DNA of 62,350 nucleotides. Origin: Eledone cirrhosa (taxonomy: Eukaryota). The stretch's first letter is position 1. Each line of letters opens with the position of its first letter. A model generated the notes under the pieces. That model did not search any database. It was not told where the DNA came from and saw only the letters and a program-made list of their open reading frames with translations. Made by a program: the position numbers and the translations under genes. The stretch is taken from assembly GCA_964016885.1 (NCBI GenBank), contig CAXHJY010001139.1, forward strand, positions 1 through 62,350. The letters run 5' to 3'. This document shows positions 29,713 to 46,116 of the stretch, in pieces.

Positions 29713-29897
29713 AAGGAAATGTGGTAAGGAACCAGATGGACCATAACGCACCAAAGTACTCAATACTTAGGGTAGTAGAGTGGGTAATAGGAACAAGTAT
29801 GACCCCGACGGCAGAGCTCAAGCCGTTTCGACGGCTAATTCCAGAATTAGCCGTCGAAACGGCTTAAGATCTGCCGTCGGGGTCCTACTCGTTCCTA
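29713..29897 (-). mobile_element. Family A fold-back element
   Basis: Same sequence as the 29386 copy in the opposite orientation, flanked by (TA)n. Confidence 0.85.
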
Positions 29898-30077
29898 CAT
29901 ATATATATATATATAAATTGAAACAAAATGAAAACGAAATTTCATTTCTCACTCTTAGTATGGCACTTACTTAAATGTAAGTATGCATGTATACGTACAT
30001 ACATATATGTATACAGACGTACAGTAGCATGCTACTGTACGTCTGTATACATATATGTATGTACGTATACATGCATA

Positions 30078-30127
<50 letters not shown>

Positions 30128-30378
30128 AATACACACATATATATATATATACACACAAACATACAGGCGTGCGCACACACACACACAACTATATATATAT
30201 ATACGTATATATATAGCTTTTCTTTTCAAGACGACAGTGCTGCCTGTGTTAAGGCGCTGGTCTCATGATTATAAGGTCGAGAGTTTGATTCCCGCATTGG
30301 TCGATACACTGTTTTATATTTCTTTATCTACTTGTCTATTCGATACTCTCTCTCTCTCTCTCTCTCTGTATATATAAG

Positions 30379-30428
30379 TTCTTGTCTGATGACACTGATA
30401 AAATGGCGAAACTCAAGAGTAAAAAGAC
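30379..30428 (+). ncRNA. Hammerhead-like motif, partly degenerate (family G); related decayed copy at ~12640-12720
   Basis: ttcttgt CTGATGA cactgataaaatggc GAA actc aa gagt A aaaaga. Core and stem III are intact; stem II is weak. Confidence 0.55.
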
Positions 30429-30453
30429 CCATAATTTAGCCTTAATAAAATGA

Positions 30454-30484
<31 letters not shown>

Positions 30485-30580
30485 TACAGGGAAAAAGCCA
30501 GAACCCTGACGGCTGAGCTCTGGCCATTTCGACAGCTAGAACCGAACGGCTCGGATCTAGCTGTCGAATATATGATCTGG

Positions 30581-30623
<43 letters not shown>

Positions 30624-31644
30624 CGCACAACATATTAATCTTAAGCCAAAAACTCGATTCAGGGGGATATAAGCTTGTTTTACTCATATAGTGTCCCGAA
30701 CCATGGTCTAGCTTATATCCCCCATATCGAGATTTTGTCTTAAGTTTAATATCTTTAATTATTTCTCTGGGTTGATATTTTATCTTCATATTTCATCTTT
30801 TCGTAGGAGGTTTCTTGCGTGTTTCAACAATATGGTCCTCAATCCTATCAGGAAAAGCAACGAGAAATGAAGTATCTTGCTGAAGAACACACAACAGCAC
30901 CTAGTCTAGGAATCAAATGTTAAGTTAAGATCGTGAGTGCAGCACGTTTACCACGAGGCCACGCGCCTTTCACACTTGATACACCGTCGGTCGTTATCGC
31001 ACTTCTGCGGATTAAGAGATTAGAAATAATTTAAATCTTCTTGACCGAGATATAATAAATAAATCAAATAGACTCGACGCTTAACAATACAGCTGTCCCT
31101 ATTGCTAGGGATTAGAACTTAAACCCTTCTTGTTCACCCGGACCTTGAGGATGCTGTTAGCAAGGTCTAAATATATAAGGACGAATTTCGGTAGGGGATA
31201 ATGTATTAATATGATACGTGTAATACATTAAGTGACGTCATTGATAGGACAATAAATTGGAGGGTGGCAGCACATTTAGGGGGTAAAGGTGTGTGGGGTG
31301 TGTGGTGAAGGGGTCATTATGTGACATCGAAGCTGGGCTGTAAACGGAGACAAATTCACCAAGGGTGCCTGTTGAAATGAATGTGGCAGCTATAATATAA
31401 ATTAATACCTCCTCTCTCTATATATATTTCTATATACGTGTACACACATGCACACACACTATATATATTTATACATATATATGTATATATATATTATACA
31501 TACAATACATATATATATATATATATAGGTATATATATATATGTATATATGCTTATATATATATATACACACACATATATTTATATATAAATATGGGTGT
31601 ATATATATATATATATATAAACACACACACACACATTATATTTA

Positions 31645-31681
<37 letters not shown>

Positions 31682-31845
31682 ACCTCTATATATTACAGTA
31701 TTACCATTATAAATTTGACAGATTTATTACTCAATAATGTAGCCAGTAGGTACTAACATGGCTGACACCTCTCACTTGTGGTAATGTCTTCATCACATTC
31801 AGAGACATTGTTCTTAATAGTGGTGGTAGTAGAGGAAAATAACAC

Positions 31846-31879
<34 letters not shown>

Positions 31880-32494
31880 ATACACAAACATATATACACT
31901 ATCCACACACACACCGAGGGAAATAATATCTACGCACACGTACATTCACACAGATATATAAACATACCTTATATACAGGCTCACAAGCATTATCCATTTT
32001 AGGCTAATTTTGTGAGTAGTTAGAAGGGGTGAATGGTAACCCTGCGAGCAGAAACCTTCATCAGTATGTAGAATGATGAGAGAGGTGTTGTTTATGAATT
32101 AGGGGTCTTTGCTCACGATCGGAAGGCCGTGAGCTCGATTCCTTTCGGCGCGTTGTCTTTCACATTGCTCCAGTCCACACAGTTGGAAAATATGAGTTTT
32201 GACAACTTTAGCTGGCACCAAGTTGTATCAACCTTTGCTTTTCCCGTGAACAACATCGGTGTTGTGGAGAAGGGAGATTTGTGTACATGGGTGGTAATTT
32301 AATACAGGTCTTTCACAAACCTGTACATGTAATTGAAAAGACCAGATTTGTTACACTTTGTGTCACGCAGAATTCCCATGCAAAATCCAACGTGACACAA
32401 TACAATATATACTTGTGTAAAAGTCGAATTTTTGAAGCCATGTTTTAAAGGATAAATTTATGGGTTCGAGCTGCAACGTCTCCGAATTGAGAGA

Positions 32495-32772
32495 TCACAG
32501 ATCCGATACTAGGGCATGTGGTTGTAATGTCTCAGGAAAGAATTGCTGGACAGATTTTCTGAGCAAAACCAACCGGCAGGTGACCCAGGAGTAGACCCCG
32601 AGCAAGATGGTTGAAAAACATCCATGAGCTTGGCTGGTCACGCTTGGGGATCCAGCCAGATCAGTTGGAGACGGTTCCTTCTGACAGGACCCACTGAAAG
32701 GATTGTTTGAGGACTCTACCCACACGACCCTCTCAGGAATAAGTGGGTGAAGAAGAAGACGAAGAAGAAGAC
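32495..32772 (+). mobile_element. Degenerate LINE (RTE-like) 3' end with (GAA)n tail
   Basis: RPRARWLKNI...DR..*-like C-terminal remnant followed by gaagaagaa. Confidence 0.5.
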
Positions 32773-33035
32773 TAATATATGGCTACTACTTTTAAGGGGC
32801 TTCAAGCTAGAATCCTAAGTACCATACCAGTAGCAGAAGCCCAACTGATCTTTAAACGAAAAAAAACAAAACACTATGAATTACAGTAATATTACCGATT
32901 CTGTACATTGAAACACACGTCACATGGTGTTTTACTCTGAGCCCGAATCATTCCAGCTTTTTAGGGCAAGCTACAGTAAGTTAGGCACACGTTTGGGTAA
33001 ATATTTAGTTTCAAATATATATTTGCAATAATATA

Positions 33036-33200
33036 CCGTATTTCCCGGAATCGAAGACTTTACCTTTTTCCTAAAATAAATCTCAAAAACCTACCATACG
33101 TTCTGGAAGCCGAAGGTTGTTTATTATTTTTTTTCACACTTTTTGGTGTAAAAATTAGGGTGCGTCCTAAGCGTCGGAAAAAAGATGCCGGGAAATACGG
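33036..33200. mobile_element. Tc1/mariner-type MITE (TIR CCGTATTTCCCGG, TA TSD)
   Basis: 13-bp perfect TIRs flanked by TA. A homologous, oppositely oriented copy is at 59630-59773. Confidence 0.88.
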
Positions 33201-33361
33201 TAGTAAATTTACCTTAAATTCATTACGATTTTGTAAATGTTATTTCTACGTGAATGTTGACACCTTGACCCACAAATGTTGACCTGTTATCCAGGTCGAC
33301 TTTTATACGAGGTCGATACAAAATTCCAGATTTTGGGGCCAGAAATAATGGGTCGACTTTT

Positions 33362-33608
33362 GTTGTTGTTACAGCTCACACCTATGCAGGTTTAGCTGGC
33401 CTCGTCGAAGATATATCTCGTTGGAGGTGCCTTGGGTGATTTAATTATAGGGACCCCAAATCCTAACATCTCATTTCCACAGCTGAGTAAACTGGTGCAA
33501 CGTGAAATAAAGTGTCTTGCTCAAGGAAACAACACATCACCCGGTCCGAGAATTGAACTCACAACCTTTCCATTGCAAGCCCAATGCTCTAACCACTAAG
33601 CCATGCGA
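33362..33608 (-). mobile_element. CORE-like tRNA SINE inserted into a TcMar-like remnant (33290-33647)
   Basis: Reverse-complement A/B boxes and core; cgactttt on both sides; the host ends in atatacgg-TA. Other minus-strand copies at 30855-30970, 36060-36212, 43105-43270 and 50450-50660. Confidence 0.75.
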
Positions 33609-34003
33609 CTTTTACTCGAAATTGACTATTAATCGAATATATACGGTAAATATATATCAAGGTGGAGGACCTTTGTATTACAAGTACAATCCATCCAACG
33701 ACATCCCTTCAAATTTTACTCCCAAAACCCGGTTCGACCCGAAAATGTGGCAAAAGACAGATGCCCATTATGGCAAATACTGGGAGGGAGTCCTAGATAA
33801 AATGATTACCAAGCTAGCCCCCTAACCACTATGCCATGCCTCAGGCTATACCATGACAACAGCACACGTAGCTGCCTTATACAGGTAAAAATCTATTCTG
33901 CAGCATAATGAGAGATTTATTGCAGTTTACGACATATCTCCCCCACTACGTATTTACCTACGAATATAGGTTTGTGTGTCGATTTATAAATACACACACA
34001 CTC

Positions 34004-34083
<80 letters not shown>

Positions 34084-34640
34084 CTGCGTGTGTATGAGTG
34101 TGTGTGCATGTTTGATTTATGATTTAATAGTAAAGTCTTTGTAAACACAGCCGAGTTCAATGAAGTTGATAGGACACTCAGTGTGGACATCTATATACAC
34201 TCAGACAGGCACACACAGACATACACACACACACACAGACACCCGCAGTCAGAGACACACACACAGACATACATACACACACAGATACACAGACATAGAC
34301 AGACAGACACTCAGTGTGGACATCTATATAGGTCGATGTTTGAAAACACTCATATACACTCAGACAGAGACACACAGACACACATACATACACACATAGA
34401 CATAAACACACCGACACACACAGAGACAGATACACAGACATACACACACAGAGAGACATACACGCACATACACACAGACACACACACAGAGAGACAGACA
34501 CAGAGAGACATACACGCACATACACACAGAGACATAAACACACCGACACACACATAGGGAGACACACAGACAGACACGCACATAGACACACAGAGACATA
34601 CACAGACAGACAGGCAGACCCAGAGGGGCATACATACACA

Positions 34641-34671
<31 letters not shown>

Positions 34672-34820
34672 GGGGCATATATATATATATATGTGTGTGT
34701 ATTGTGCATTTATATATATACACACATATATATATATACACATACACACCTATGCATATTAACACAGACACAAGAAACACACACACAACCACACACACAC
34801 AACCACACACACACACACAA

Positions 34821-34860
<40 letters not shown>

Positions 34861-35020
34861 AAGAAATAAAAGTCAACGGGTTTGTGGTGTGGGTTTATTC
34901 CAGACGGTTTCTACAGCTTTGATAAGAAATTATTATATTAGGGATAAAAACGTTCTGTGCGGGGCCTGTATGTGTGTGTGTGTTTGTTTGTGTGTGTGTG
35001 CGTGTGTGTGTATGTTTGTT

Positions 35021-35123
<103 letters not shown>

Positions 35124-35344
35124 ATGTGTGTGTGCATGTGTTTGCGTGTGTGCATGTATGTGTGTGTATATGTGTGTATGTGCGTGCGTGTGCATATTAG
35201 GGGTGGTGGTGGTGGTGGTTGGAAAAGGGGAATGCTGTCGGCTGATAAACAATAGGGGGTGTAGTGTGGATGAGGGACAGGGAGAGGGTGAGAAAAAAGA
35301 GAGAGGTGTGGTGGAGTGGGAAGAAGAGAAAGAGCAGAATAGCA

Positions 35345-35386
<42 letters not shown>

Positions 35387-35507
35387 GGATGAAGAGGGAG
35401 GAGGAGCGAGATAGAAATAGAGAAGAAAAGAGAGAAAGAAGAGGGGAGGGAGGGAGAAGAATATCGATAAAGTCTGGTTGGAGTGTTTTTATTGTGTTGC
35501 TCTTACA

Positions 35508-35822
35508 TGAGGTTGCATGGCTTAGTGGTTAAAGTGTTCGACTTGTGATCATAAGATCGCTAATTTGATTCACAGTGGTGCGTTGTGTTCTTAGGCAAGT
35601 CTCTTTATTTCCCGTTGCTTTAAGTTCACTCAACTTTAAAATATGATGAGTTTTACCTGTAATTTAAAGGACCAGCTTTGTCACAATCCGTGTCATGCTC
35701 CTGAATCTCATTGAGAACTATGTTAAGCGTACACGTGTCTGTGAAATCCTCAGCCATCTGCATGATCTTATGAACAAGCTGTTCTATTGTCCGAACAACT
35801 GGAACACTCATCGGATCCGTCA
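35508..35822 (+). mobile_element. CORE-like tRNA SINE
   Basis: A-box TGGCTTAGTGG, then core and 3' part similar to 175-470. Confidence 0.75.
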
Positions 35823-36309
35823 GAGGCCCAAAATACGCATATGTTGTTGCTGTTGTTGCTGCTTACCTTTAAATCAGCCACAACCGAGCAGACCTATATT
35901 GAAAAGCGTTTGAATCAACTTTATAAAATTAAGTATATTTTGAATCCCAAATCTAAAAGGTTTCTTGTGTGTTTTAATGACAAGGGCCCCAGTTCTATCA
36001 TGTTGCTAGCCCCAGTTCTGTTATGTTTCTACAGCTCACATTAATACATGAATAGTTAGCCTCATACGAAGCTGCACTGCACCTCATAGACGGTTTCTTA
36101 GATGTAAAATAAGCGTCTTGTTCGAGAACACAACGCACCAAGCGGCCCAGGAAAAGAATCCACGATCTTATGATCTTGGGATCAACACTCTAACCACTGG
36201 GCTACGAGCCTCCACATATCCGTTGGGGGTGTGAAACAACCAGCCAAAGACGAATGTTTCTTTGGAGAATTTTTCAGAATTGAAGTGTCCACAGAATTCT
36301 CCACAAATG

Positions 36310-36800
36310 TCTCATCAGAATTGCCTTTTCCGAATAGTGACTTCCTAATTATCTCTTCTCAATTGTTTCTTCAGAATTGCCTTCCCAGAACTGTGTCTTC
36401 ACGATTGTCTCTTCGCAATTGGCTTTTTAGAATTACCTTTCCAGAATAGTGCCTTCAAAATTATTTCTTTGGTATTATCTCTTCGACAATTGGCTCTTCA
36501 CAATTGTCTGTTCAGAATCGTTTTTTCACAATTGGCTCTTTACAATTATCTCTTCAGAGGAGTTTTTTTTCACAATTGGCTCTTTACAATTGTCTCTTCA
36601 GAATGGTTTTTTTCACAATTGGCTATTCACAATTGTCTCTTCAGAATCGTTTTTTCACAATTGGCTCTTTACAATTGTCTCTTCAGAATGGTTTTTTTCA
36701 CAATTGACGCTTCACAATTGTCTCTTCAGAATATTATTTTTTTTTACACAATTAGTTCTTCATGATTGTCTTTTAAGATTAGTACCTTCAAAAATTATTT
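36310..36800. repeat. Minisatellite, ~40-42-bp unit built from ~14-bp subrepeats
   Basis: Repeated ttttttcacaattggctctttacaattgtctcttcagaat. Confidence 0.9.
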
Positions 36801-36922
36801 CTTTAAAATTATTTCCACCGAGTTGTTACTTCGGAAACTAAATTCTATAATGTGACATAATGCACGAAAAAATCTTTAACGATGATTTCCGGCATACATT
36901 GGCTCCAATGATTCATTTATGT

Positions 36923-36969
<47 letters not shown>

Positions 36970-37007
36970 TCACTACTACTACTACTACCACTACTACTAC
37001 TACTGCA

Positions 37008-37038
<31 letters not shown>

Positions 37039-37197
37039 TCACCACCACTAATACTACTACTACTAGTATCACCACTACTACTACCACCACCACTACCATC
37101 ACCACCACTAGTACTACTCTCACCACTACTACTACTGATACTACCACCACCAATTCTACTACTACTACTACTAATACTACTACCACCACCACTACCG

Positions 37198-37248
<51 letters not shown>

Positions 37249-37538
37249 ATACTAAACATGTCTGCCCCAGTATTCAACATTGACTTCATGACCTTTCTAC
37301 ATGGTTTACTACATTCTATTACTGATTCACTCACAATATTAATCACCATATTCAGCAATATTTACATTAATAGCACCTCACTCTCTCTCTCACTCTCTCC
37401 CACTCACTCACTCACTCACTCACTCTCTCCTCCTCTCACTCTCACTCCCCCCTCTCTCTCTCTCTCTCTCTATTATATATATATATATATATATATATAA
37501 TCTTCACATCGCTCTCTTTTTCTTTTGTCTTTCTCTCT

Positions 37539-37639
<101 letters not shown>

Positions 37640-37841
37640 ACACACATCTTTCATCCCCCTCTATATATAATCTTATATCTCCCCCAACATACCTCTGTCT
37701 CTCCTATTTTCTTCATTATCGCAATCTTTCTGTCAGCTCTACTGGTTTAACAATTTCTATAACAATATTAATTGCTGTCTGCAGCAATAATTTCATTACT
37801 GAAGTCTGACTGTCCGTCTGTCTGTCCACCATTCTCTCTCA

Positions 37842-37854
<13 letters not shown>

Positions 37855-37875
<21 letters not shown>

Positions 37876-38454
37876 TATATATATATTATATATATATAAA
37901 TATTATATATATATATATTATATATATATTATATATATATATTATATATATATATATATATTATATATATATATATATTATATATATATTATATATATTA
38001 TATATATTATATATATTATATATATTATATATATTATATATATATATTTATATATATATTATATATATATATATATTATATATATATATATATTATATAT
38101 ATATATTATATATATATATATATTATATATATATATTATATATATTATATATATATATATATTATATATATATTATATATATATTATATATATATTATAT
38201 ATATTATATATATATTATATATATATTATATATATATTATATATATTATATATATATATATATTATATATATATTATATATATATTATATATATTATATA
38301 TATTATATATATTATATATATTATATATATATATATATTATATATATATATTTATATATGAAAGATACAGAGAAAAGGAGGGAAATACAGCCATTATCTC
38401 TTTTTCACACATTTTATAATTTTCTGTGTCTCATTCTCTCTCTCTCTCCCACTC

Positions 38455-38510
<56 letters not shown>

Positions 38511-38844
38511 ATGTATAAGAGTTTATGCTTCTCTATTTATCTAGCTATATATTTGAATCTCTCTCTCTCTCTCTCTCACTCTCACTCTCACTCTCTCTCT
38601 CTCTCTCTCTCTCTTTCGCCCCATCTCATCTCTGCAATAGTTCGATCTTCACACCAGTCAACGTCACCCATTTCCTTACTCCCGGGGGTCACTGTGGTAC
38701 AATTAATATATTGAATTTCATTTAATCCACTTCAGCATCTCTTTTAATTTTTTTTTTTGTCTTTGCCAACAGGGACCTATTATATCATCATCATTATCAA
38801 CACCACCATCATCATTATCAGTGTTACGGCTGTTGTCGTCGTCG

Positions 38845-38884
<40 letters not shown>

Positions 38885-39130
38885 TCACACTGTCTTGAAC
38901 CCATCGTATTGAAATCACCAGAAACCTCAGCTGACTTTGCTGATGATTTCAAACTAATAAAACATTTATAGTCCTGGAGACGGCATTTCTATATGAAATG
39001 ATATATGAAACACACACATATATATATGCATATATATATGCATATAGATATACATACATATATATGCATATATATATGCATATACATATATATGCATATA
39101 TATATGCATATATATATACACATATATATA

Positions 39131-39170
<40 letters not shown>

Positions 39171-39256
39171 TATAAATGAATATATATATGCATATATATA
39201 TATATGCATATATATACATATATATAAATGAATACATATATGCATATATATATATA

Positions 39257-39298
<42 letters not shown>

Positions 39299-39362
39299 TA
39301 TATGCATATATATATATGCATATATATATATGCATATATATGCATATATATATATATATATA

Positions 39363-39424
<62 letters not shown>

Positions 39425-39498
39425 TATATATATATATATATATATATGCATATATATATATATATATATATATGCATATATATATATATATATATATA

Positions 39499-39597
<99 letters not shown>

Positions 39598-39976
39598 CTG
39601 TTTGTTGTCTCCTTTAACTATATACATATATGTGTGTGTGTGTGTGTTTGAGCGTGTGTGTATGTGTGTCTGGTTGTAGGTGTGTAAGTATATGTGGCAA
39701 TATTGGCGCTGGTAGTGATATTGGTGTATGATAGGTGACTGGTAGCGATAGCAATAATACGACAATAGATGGAGGACTATTTGGATAAAAGCCAAACCAA
39801 AGTCTGTGAAACATAATTTATCGTGGTTCTGCATAATATTCCACCAATCCACCATCCCATCATTCTACCATTCCACCCTATCTTGACACAATCGATATCG
39901 AGAAAGAAAGCGAAAGTACAGTATCAGACTCACATACACATACGATATATTTACTGATCGTGTACACACACACACC

Positions 39977-40022
<46 letters not shown>

Positions 40023-40099
40023 TATATACTTGCATACATACATTTATAAAATTATAAAACCGGAAGAAAATACTTACATATTGCATACATACATACAGA

Positions 40100-40168
<69 letters not shown>

Positions 40169-40609
40169 AATTTATTTATATATGTATATATATATATAAA
40201 TTTATTTATATATGTATATATATATAAATTTATTTATATATATATAAATTTATTTATATATGTATATATATATATATAAATTTATTTATATATGTATATA
40301 TATATAAATTTATTTATATATATATAAATTTATTTATATATATATATAAATTAATTTATATATGTATATATATATATATATATATAAATTTATATATATA
40401 TATACATATACATTTATATATAAATTCATATATATATATAAATTTATATATATATATATATATATAAATTTATATATATTTATATATATATATAAATTTA
40501 TTCATATATGTATATATATATATATAAATTTATTTACATATATATATATATATAAATTTATATATATATATATACATATGTAAATAAATTTATATATATA
40601 TATATAAAT

Positions 40610-40646
<37 letters not shown>

Positions 40647-40880
40647 TAAATAAATTTATATATATATACATATATAAATAAATTTATATATATATATATA
40701 AATTTATATATATATATATATACATATATAAATAAATTTATATATATATATTAATTTATATATAAATTTATATATATAAATTAATATATATATATATATA
40801 TAAATATATATATATAAATTTATATATATATACGAATTTATATATAAATTCATATATATATATGAATTTATATATAAATT

Positions 40881-40912
<32 letters not shown>

Positions 40913-41092
40913 AATATAAATTTATATATATATATAAATACAAATTTATATATATATATATATATATATAAATTTATATATATATATAAATTTATATTTA
41001 TATATATATATAAACAGGTAAAAGAGAATATATGTATATATATAAATATGAATTTATATATATATATATATTTATTTATATATATCTATATA

Positions 41093-41165
<73 letters not shown>

Positions 41166-42181
41166 ATAAATTTATATATATATATATAAATTTATATATA
41201 TATATTTAAATTAATATATATATATAAATTTATATGTATATAAATTTATATATATATATATAAATTTATATATATATATACATAAATTTATATATATATA
41301 TATATAAAGTTTGATATATATATATAAATTTATATATATATTTAATAAATATATATATATATATATATATTTATATAAATTTATATATATATATTAATTT
41401 ATATATATATATATATATATTAATTTACATATATATATATTTATATAAGTTTATATATAAATAAATTTATATATATATATGAAAAAGAGAGAGTTAAGTA
41501 GAGACTCATATGTCTAAATGTGTCCATGTGTACAGACATACGCATGCGCAATGGTTTGTGTCGTGTTAAGAGGTGTTGAACGTTTTTACTCGGAATCAAT
41601 AAATACTGTAACATATCCTAACTTCTCATATCTGTATGTCCTGACCGATGCATTGACGTGTGACTATATATGTATGTCGTAGCTCACATATATACGTACA
41701 CTCATATACGCATATATTCATAAGCACATACTTACCTACATACATACATACATATGTACATACGTATATGTGTATATATATGTATAGAGAAAGACATACG
41801 AGAGAGTGAGTAACGGTGTGGGATAAATACATATATATATATATATATATATACACCATGCGTGTATAAATATACAAAAATGGCTCGTATATATATATAT
41901 ATATATACATATATATATTAATATATATATATACATATATATATTAATATATATATATACATATATATATTAATATATATATATACATATATATATTAAT
42001 ATATATATATACACATATATATTAATATATATATATATATTAATATATATATATATATATATACTTATATATACATATATATACATATACTGTATATACA
42101 TATATATACATATATATACATATACTGTATATACATATATATATACATATACTGTATACACATATATATATACATATACTG

Positions 42182-42235
<54 letters not shown>

Positions 42236-42579
42236 TATACATATATATACATATATACATATATACAAGATATATATATATATATATATATATACATACA
42301 TATATATATATACATATATATTTACATATATATATACATATATAGATATACATATTTGCATATATATATACCCATATATATATATACATATACTTATATA
42401 TATATATATACATATATACATACATATATATATAAATATATAAATATATATATACATATATATACATATATATATACTTATATATACATATATATACATA
42501 TATATAGATATATATATGTATATATATATACATATACATATATATATATACATATATATATATACACACACACACACAT

Positions 42580-42635
<56 letters not shown>
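37855..42635. repeat. Large compound (TA)n-derived low-complexity blocks (TATTA, TGCATA, TAAATTTA, TACA variants)
   Basis: Direct inspection. Similar blocks at 3020-4370, 9280-9660, 17195-17480, 28375-29385 and 50670-51560. Confidence 0.9.
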
Positions 42636-43877
42636 CACGTACTCATTAAAAAGGACACGGACATGGTTTTAATAAATATATTATATGTAAATAGGAAACA
42701 CTATCACGGTGACGATGACATGAGACGGATAGAGAAAATTGATGAACGAAACAATAGATAAGAGAGATCCGCCTGTCGTCAGCTGTCTATATCAGAGGTT
42801 TCCGCAGTTTCGGCACCTAAGACGACAGTAAGGCTAAATCTCGGACAGTGTGGCAGTGGGAAGCAAACTAGCAATCAGTGAAAGTGAAAAGGTGTTGATC
42901 GTCTGTTTGGAGTATTGAAACATTGTTTCTGTCGGTCTTTCTATTGCTGATACTATCTGTTGGTTGCAACTCCCGCCAGAAGGAGCTACATGAAATAAAT
43001 GTAAAGTATTGTGGCTTAAATTAAAAATCGCTTAATGTCGCCATATCCTGTTTTCATTTTTATGATTGTTTTTTTTTTTTAACGTATATCTTAGAGAGAA
43101 AAGTCGATCGACTTTCGTCAAATCGGACCGAGGAAACAATGTTTCCGTTGGTCTTTCCAATTGCTAATATTATCAGTCGCAATTGCTAATATCTATCGGT
43201 CGCAACTCCATGTAGAAGGAGCAACGTGAAATAAAGTGTCTTGCTGAAGGACATAACGCATCGTCTGCTCCAGGATATCTTAGCGCAGAATAAAATAATG
43301 TACCAGTCAAATACTGTGTCGATATATTCGACTTTCCTCTTCCCCTAGACTTATGGCCTTGTGCCAATGTTAGAAAGAGTTATATTACTGTTATAATATC
43401 CTTAACTGGAAGTTAAATGATGACTAGTTGGTTAACGGATATAAAATGGTTGCCTTTAGATAAAATAGCCCACCCTAAAGTCGATACAGACAGATTGTAT
43501 TATTTACCAGGAACATTGGAAGAAAACTATTATTATAAAATATATATTGTATGGCTATAAAAAATATCTACTAGAAAATAAAGAGAAATATAAAAATAAC
43601 CAGAAACTACGAAACAGAACGAAACGAAAAGAATAAAATGGAAAATAAAAAGGAAAGAAAATATAGAAATAAAATACGGTTATTTCGTCTTCTGGGAAAC
43701 AATAACTATAAAACAGAGACTGCAGAATAGCATGAGGTGGAGAGTGGAGAGAAACAATAGCAATATACATTATCTGAAGATTTAAATGATAAAAAACGTC
43801 GTATAGAATATCATAGTGAGACGTTGACAAGAAAATCCCACTCAACAAAGCTAATGCCTGACATGAATGGAGATAAT

Positions 43878-44826
43878 AATAATGATTTCTGATTTAGGCA
43901 CAAGGCCAGCAATTATCCTAGTGCATGACTGGTACTTTATTTTATCGACCCCGTAAGGATGAAAGGCAAAGTTAACCTCGACGGGATTTGAACTCAGACT
44001 GTAAAGGCCGTAACTCTATGCTGCAAAGCATGGCGTCCAGCCCTCTACCAATACTGCCAATCCAATAATAATTATTTCTACTTTTGGCACAAGGCCAGCA
44101 ATTTCCCAGTGTATTACTGGTACTTTTAATAATGATTTCTAATTCAGGCACAAGGCCAGCAAAATTGAGGCAAGAGCAAAGATGATTAAATCCGTCCCTC
44201 AGTACTTGACTGGTATAAATATATATGTATATATCAATTTATGGGAGTATAAGCCAGACAGACCAAAAAGTATTTTAGTCTATCTCACTTATAATATCTA
44301 TCTCATCTATCTCCAAGTACCGGTCGCTCTCTGACAGGTTTGCGGTCGTGCCCTTGGCAGTGGACACTTCTGGTGTCCTTGGCCCTAGGGCTACCTCCCT
44401 ATTCACTACCATAGGCGCTGAGCTGGCCAGCCGCAGGTTTGAGCCTCGCAAGCTGGAATGGCTCTCGACTGGTATCGTATTTTATCGACCAGAGAAGGAT
44501 GAAATGTAAAGTTGACCTCATCGGCACAACATTTTAACTCAGAATGTAACCAGCCAGAACAAATACTGCTAAGCTTTTTCAAGGCGCTCTGCCAATACAG
44601 CACCCAAATAATAATTGTTTCTTATATAGGGACAAGGTCAGCAATTTTGGGGGAGGGGAAAGTCGATTAGATCGACTCCAGTGCATCACTGGTGCTTTAT
44701 TTTATCGACCCCGTAAGGGTGGGAGGCAAAGCTAACCTCGGCAGCATTTTAACTCAGAATGTAAAGGGCCGTAATTCTATGGTACAAAGGATATTGTCCG
44801 ACGCTCTACCGAGTCTGCCAATCCAA
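43878..44826 (-). mobile_element. Head-to-tail cluster of Meta-like SINEs, one interrupted by a retroposon fragment
   Basis: Copies at 43880-44065, 44068-44127 (partial), 44128-44216 plus 44467-44605 (split), and 44612-44825. Confidence 0.85.
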
Positions 44827-44965
44827 TAATGATGGCTGTGTGGCTATGTTGTTCACTTCGCAACTATGCCATACCTCAAGTAAATGTCTTTTACTATAGC
44901 CTCAGGTCGAGCAATGGTTTGTGAATGAAATTTAGTTGACGGAAGTTGCAGAAGCTGTCTTATGA

Positions 44966-45000
<35 letters not shown>

Positions 45001-45037
45001 AGGAAGTTATAGTTCACTTGAAGCATTGTGTAATGAG

Positions 45038-45597
<560 letters not shown>

Positions 45598-45987
45598 ATT
45601 AAGTTACACATTTACACTTATAGCAGCGGTCCTTCAAGTTTTCTAAGCCCTGTAAAAGGAAATCGGAAGGTCGGGCCTCAAACCAGGCCTTACGATACTC
45701 TTAAAATCAGGAATATTTCAGCACCCAGTCGTACTGGTTACGATCGGTTTATGGGGGAGCCGATAACATTGTTAGAACTCAATGTGGCCTTCAGTGAGAT
45801 TAGGGGTTGAGTACTATAATTTTTGTGATGGTCGCTCATCGCATAAGGTTGCCTCGAATATTATTCTCAAGCTACAATCATATATATATCTCCCGAATGA
45901 CACAGGTCTAGTCCTGTAGAAGCCATTTCTGTATTATATATATATATATATATATAAACATAATATATAAATATATATATATATATA

Positions 45988-46116
45988 TATTTAATATAGA
46001 AATGGCTTCTACAGGACTAGAACTGTTTCATTCGGGAGAAATCATCAGGAAGCCTTCTGATGATTTCTCCCGAATGACACAGTTCTAGTTCTGTAGAAGC
46101 CATTTCTATATTAAAT
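45988..46116. mobile_element. Family D HHR fold-back element
   Basis: Inverted pair of HHRs. Other copies or fragments at 27240-27322, 38905-39000 (decayed), 45888-45935 and 49633-49765 (with tail). Confidence 0.8.
46004..46054 (-). ncRNA. Type I hammerhead ribozyme (family D)
   Basis: Minus strand reads GGCUUC CUGAUGA UUUCUCCCGAAU GAA ACAG UUCUAGUC CUGU A GAAGCC. Perfect 6-bp stem I, 4-bp stem III, GUA triplet. The inverted twin at ~46052-46101 (+) has GAAAC changed to GACAC. Confidence 0.85.

Noticed and set aside
36310-36800. CRISPR-like array
   Set aside because: Tandem minisatellite without unique spacers, in a eukaryotic context with no cas genes.
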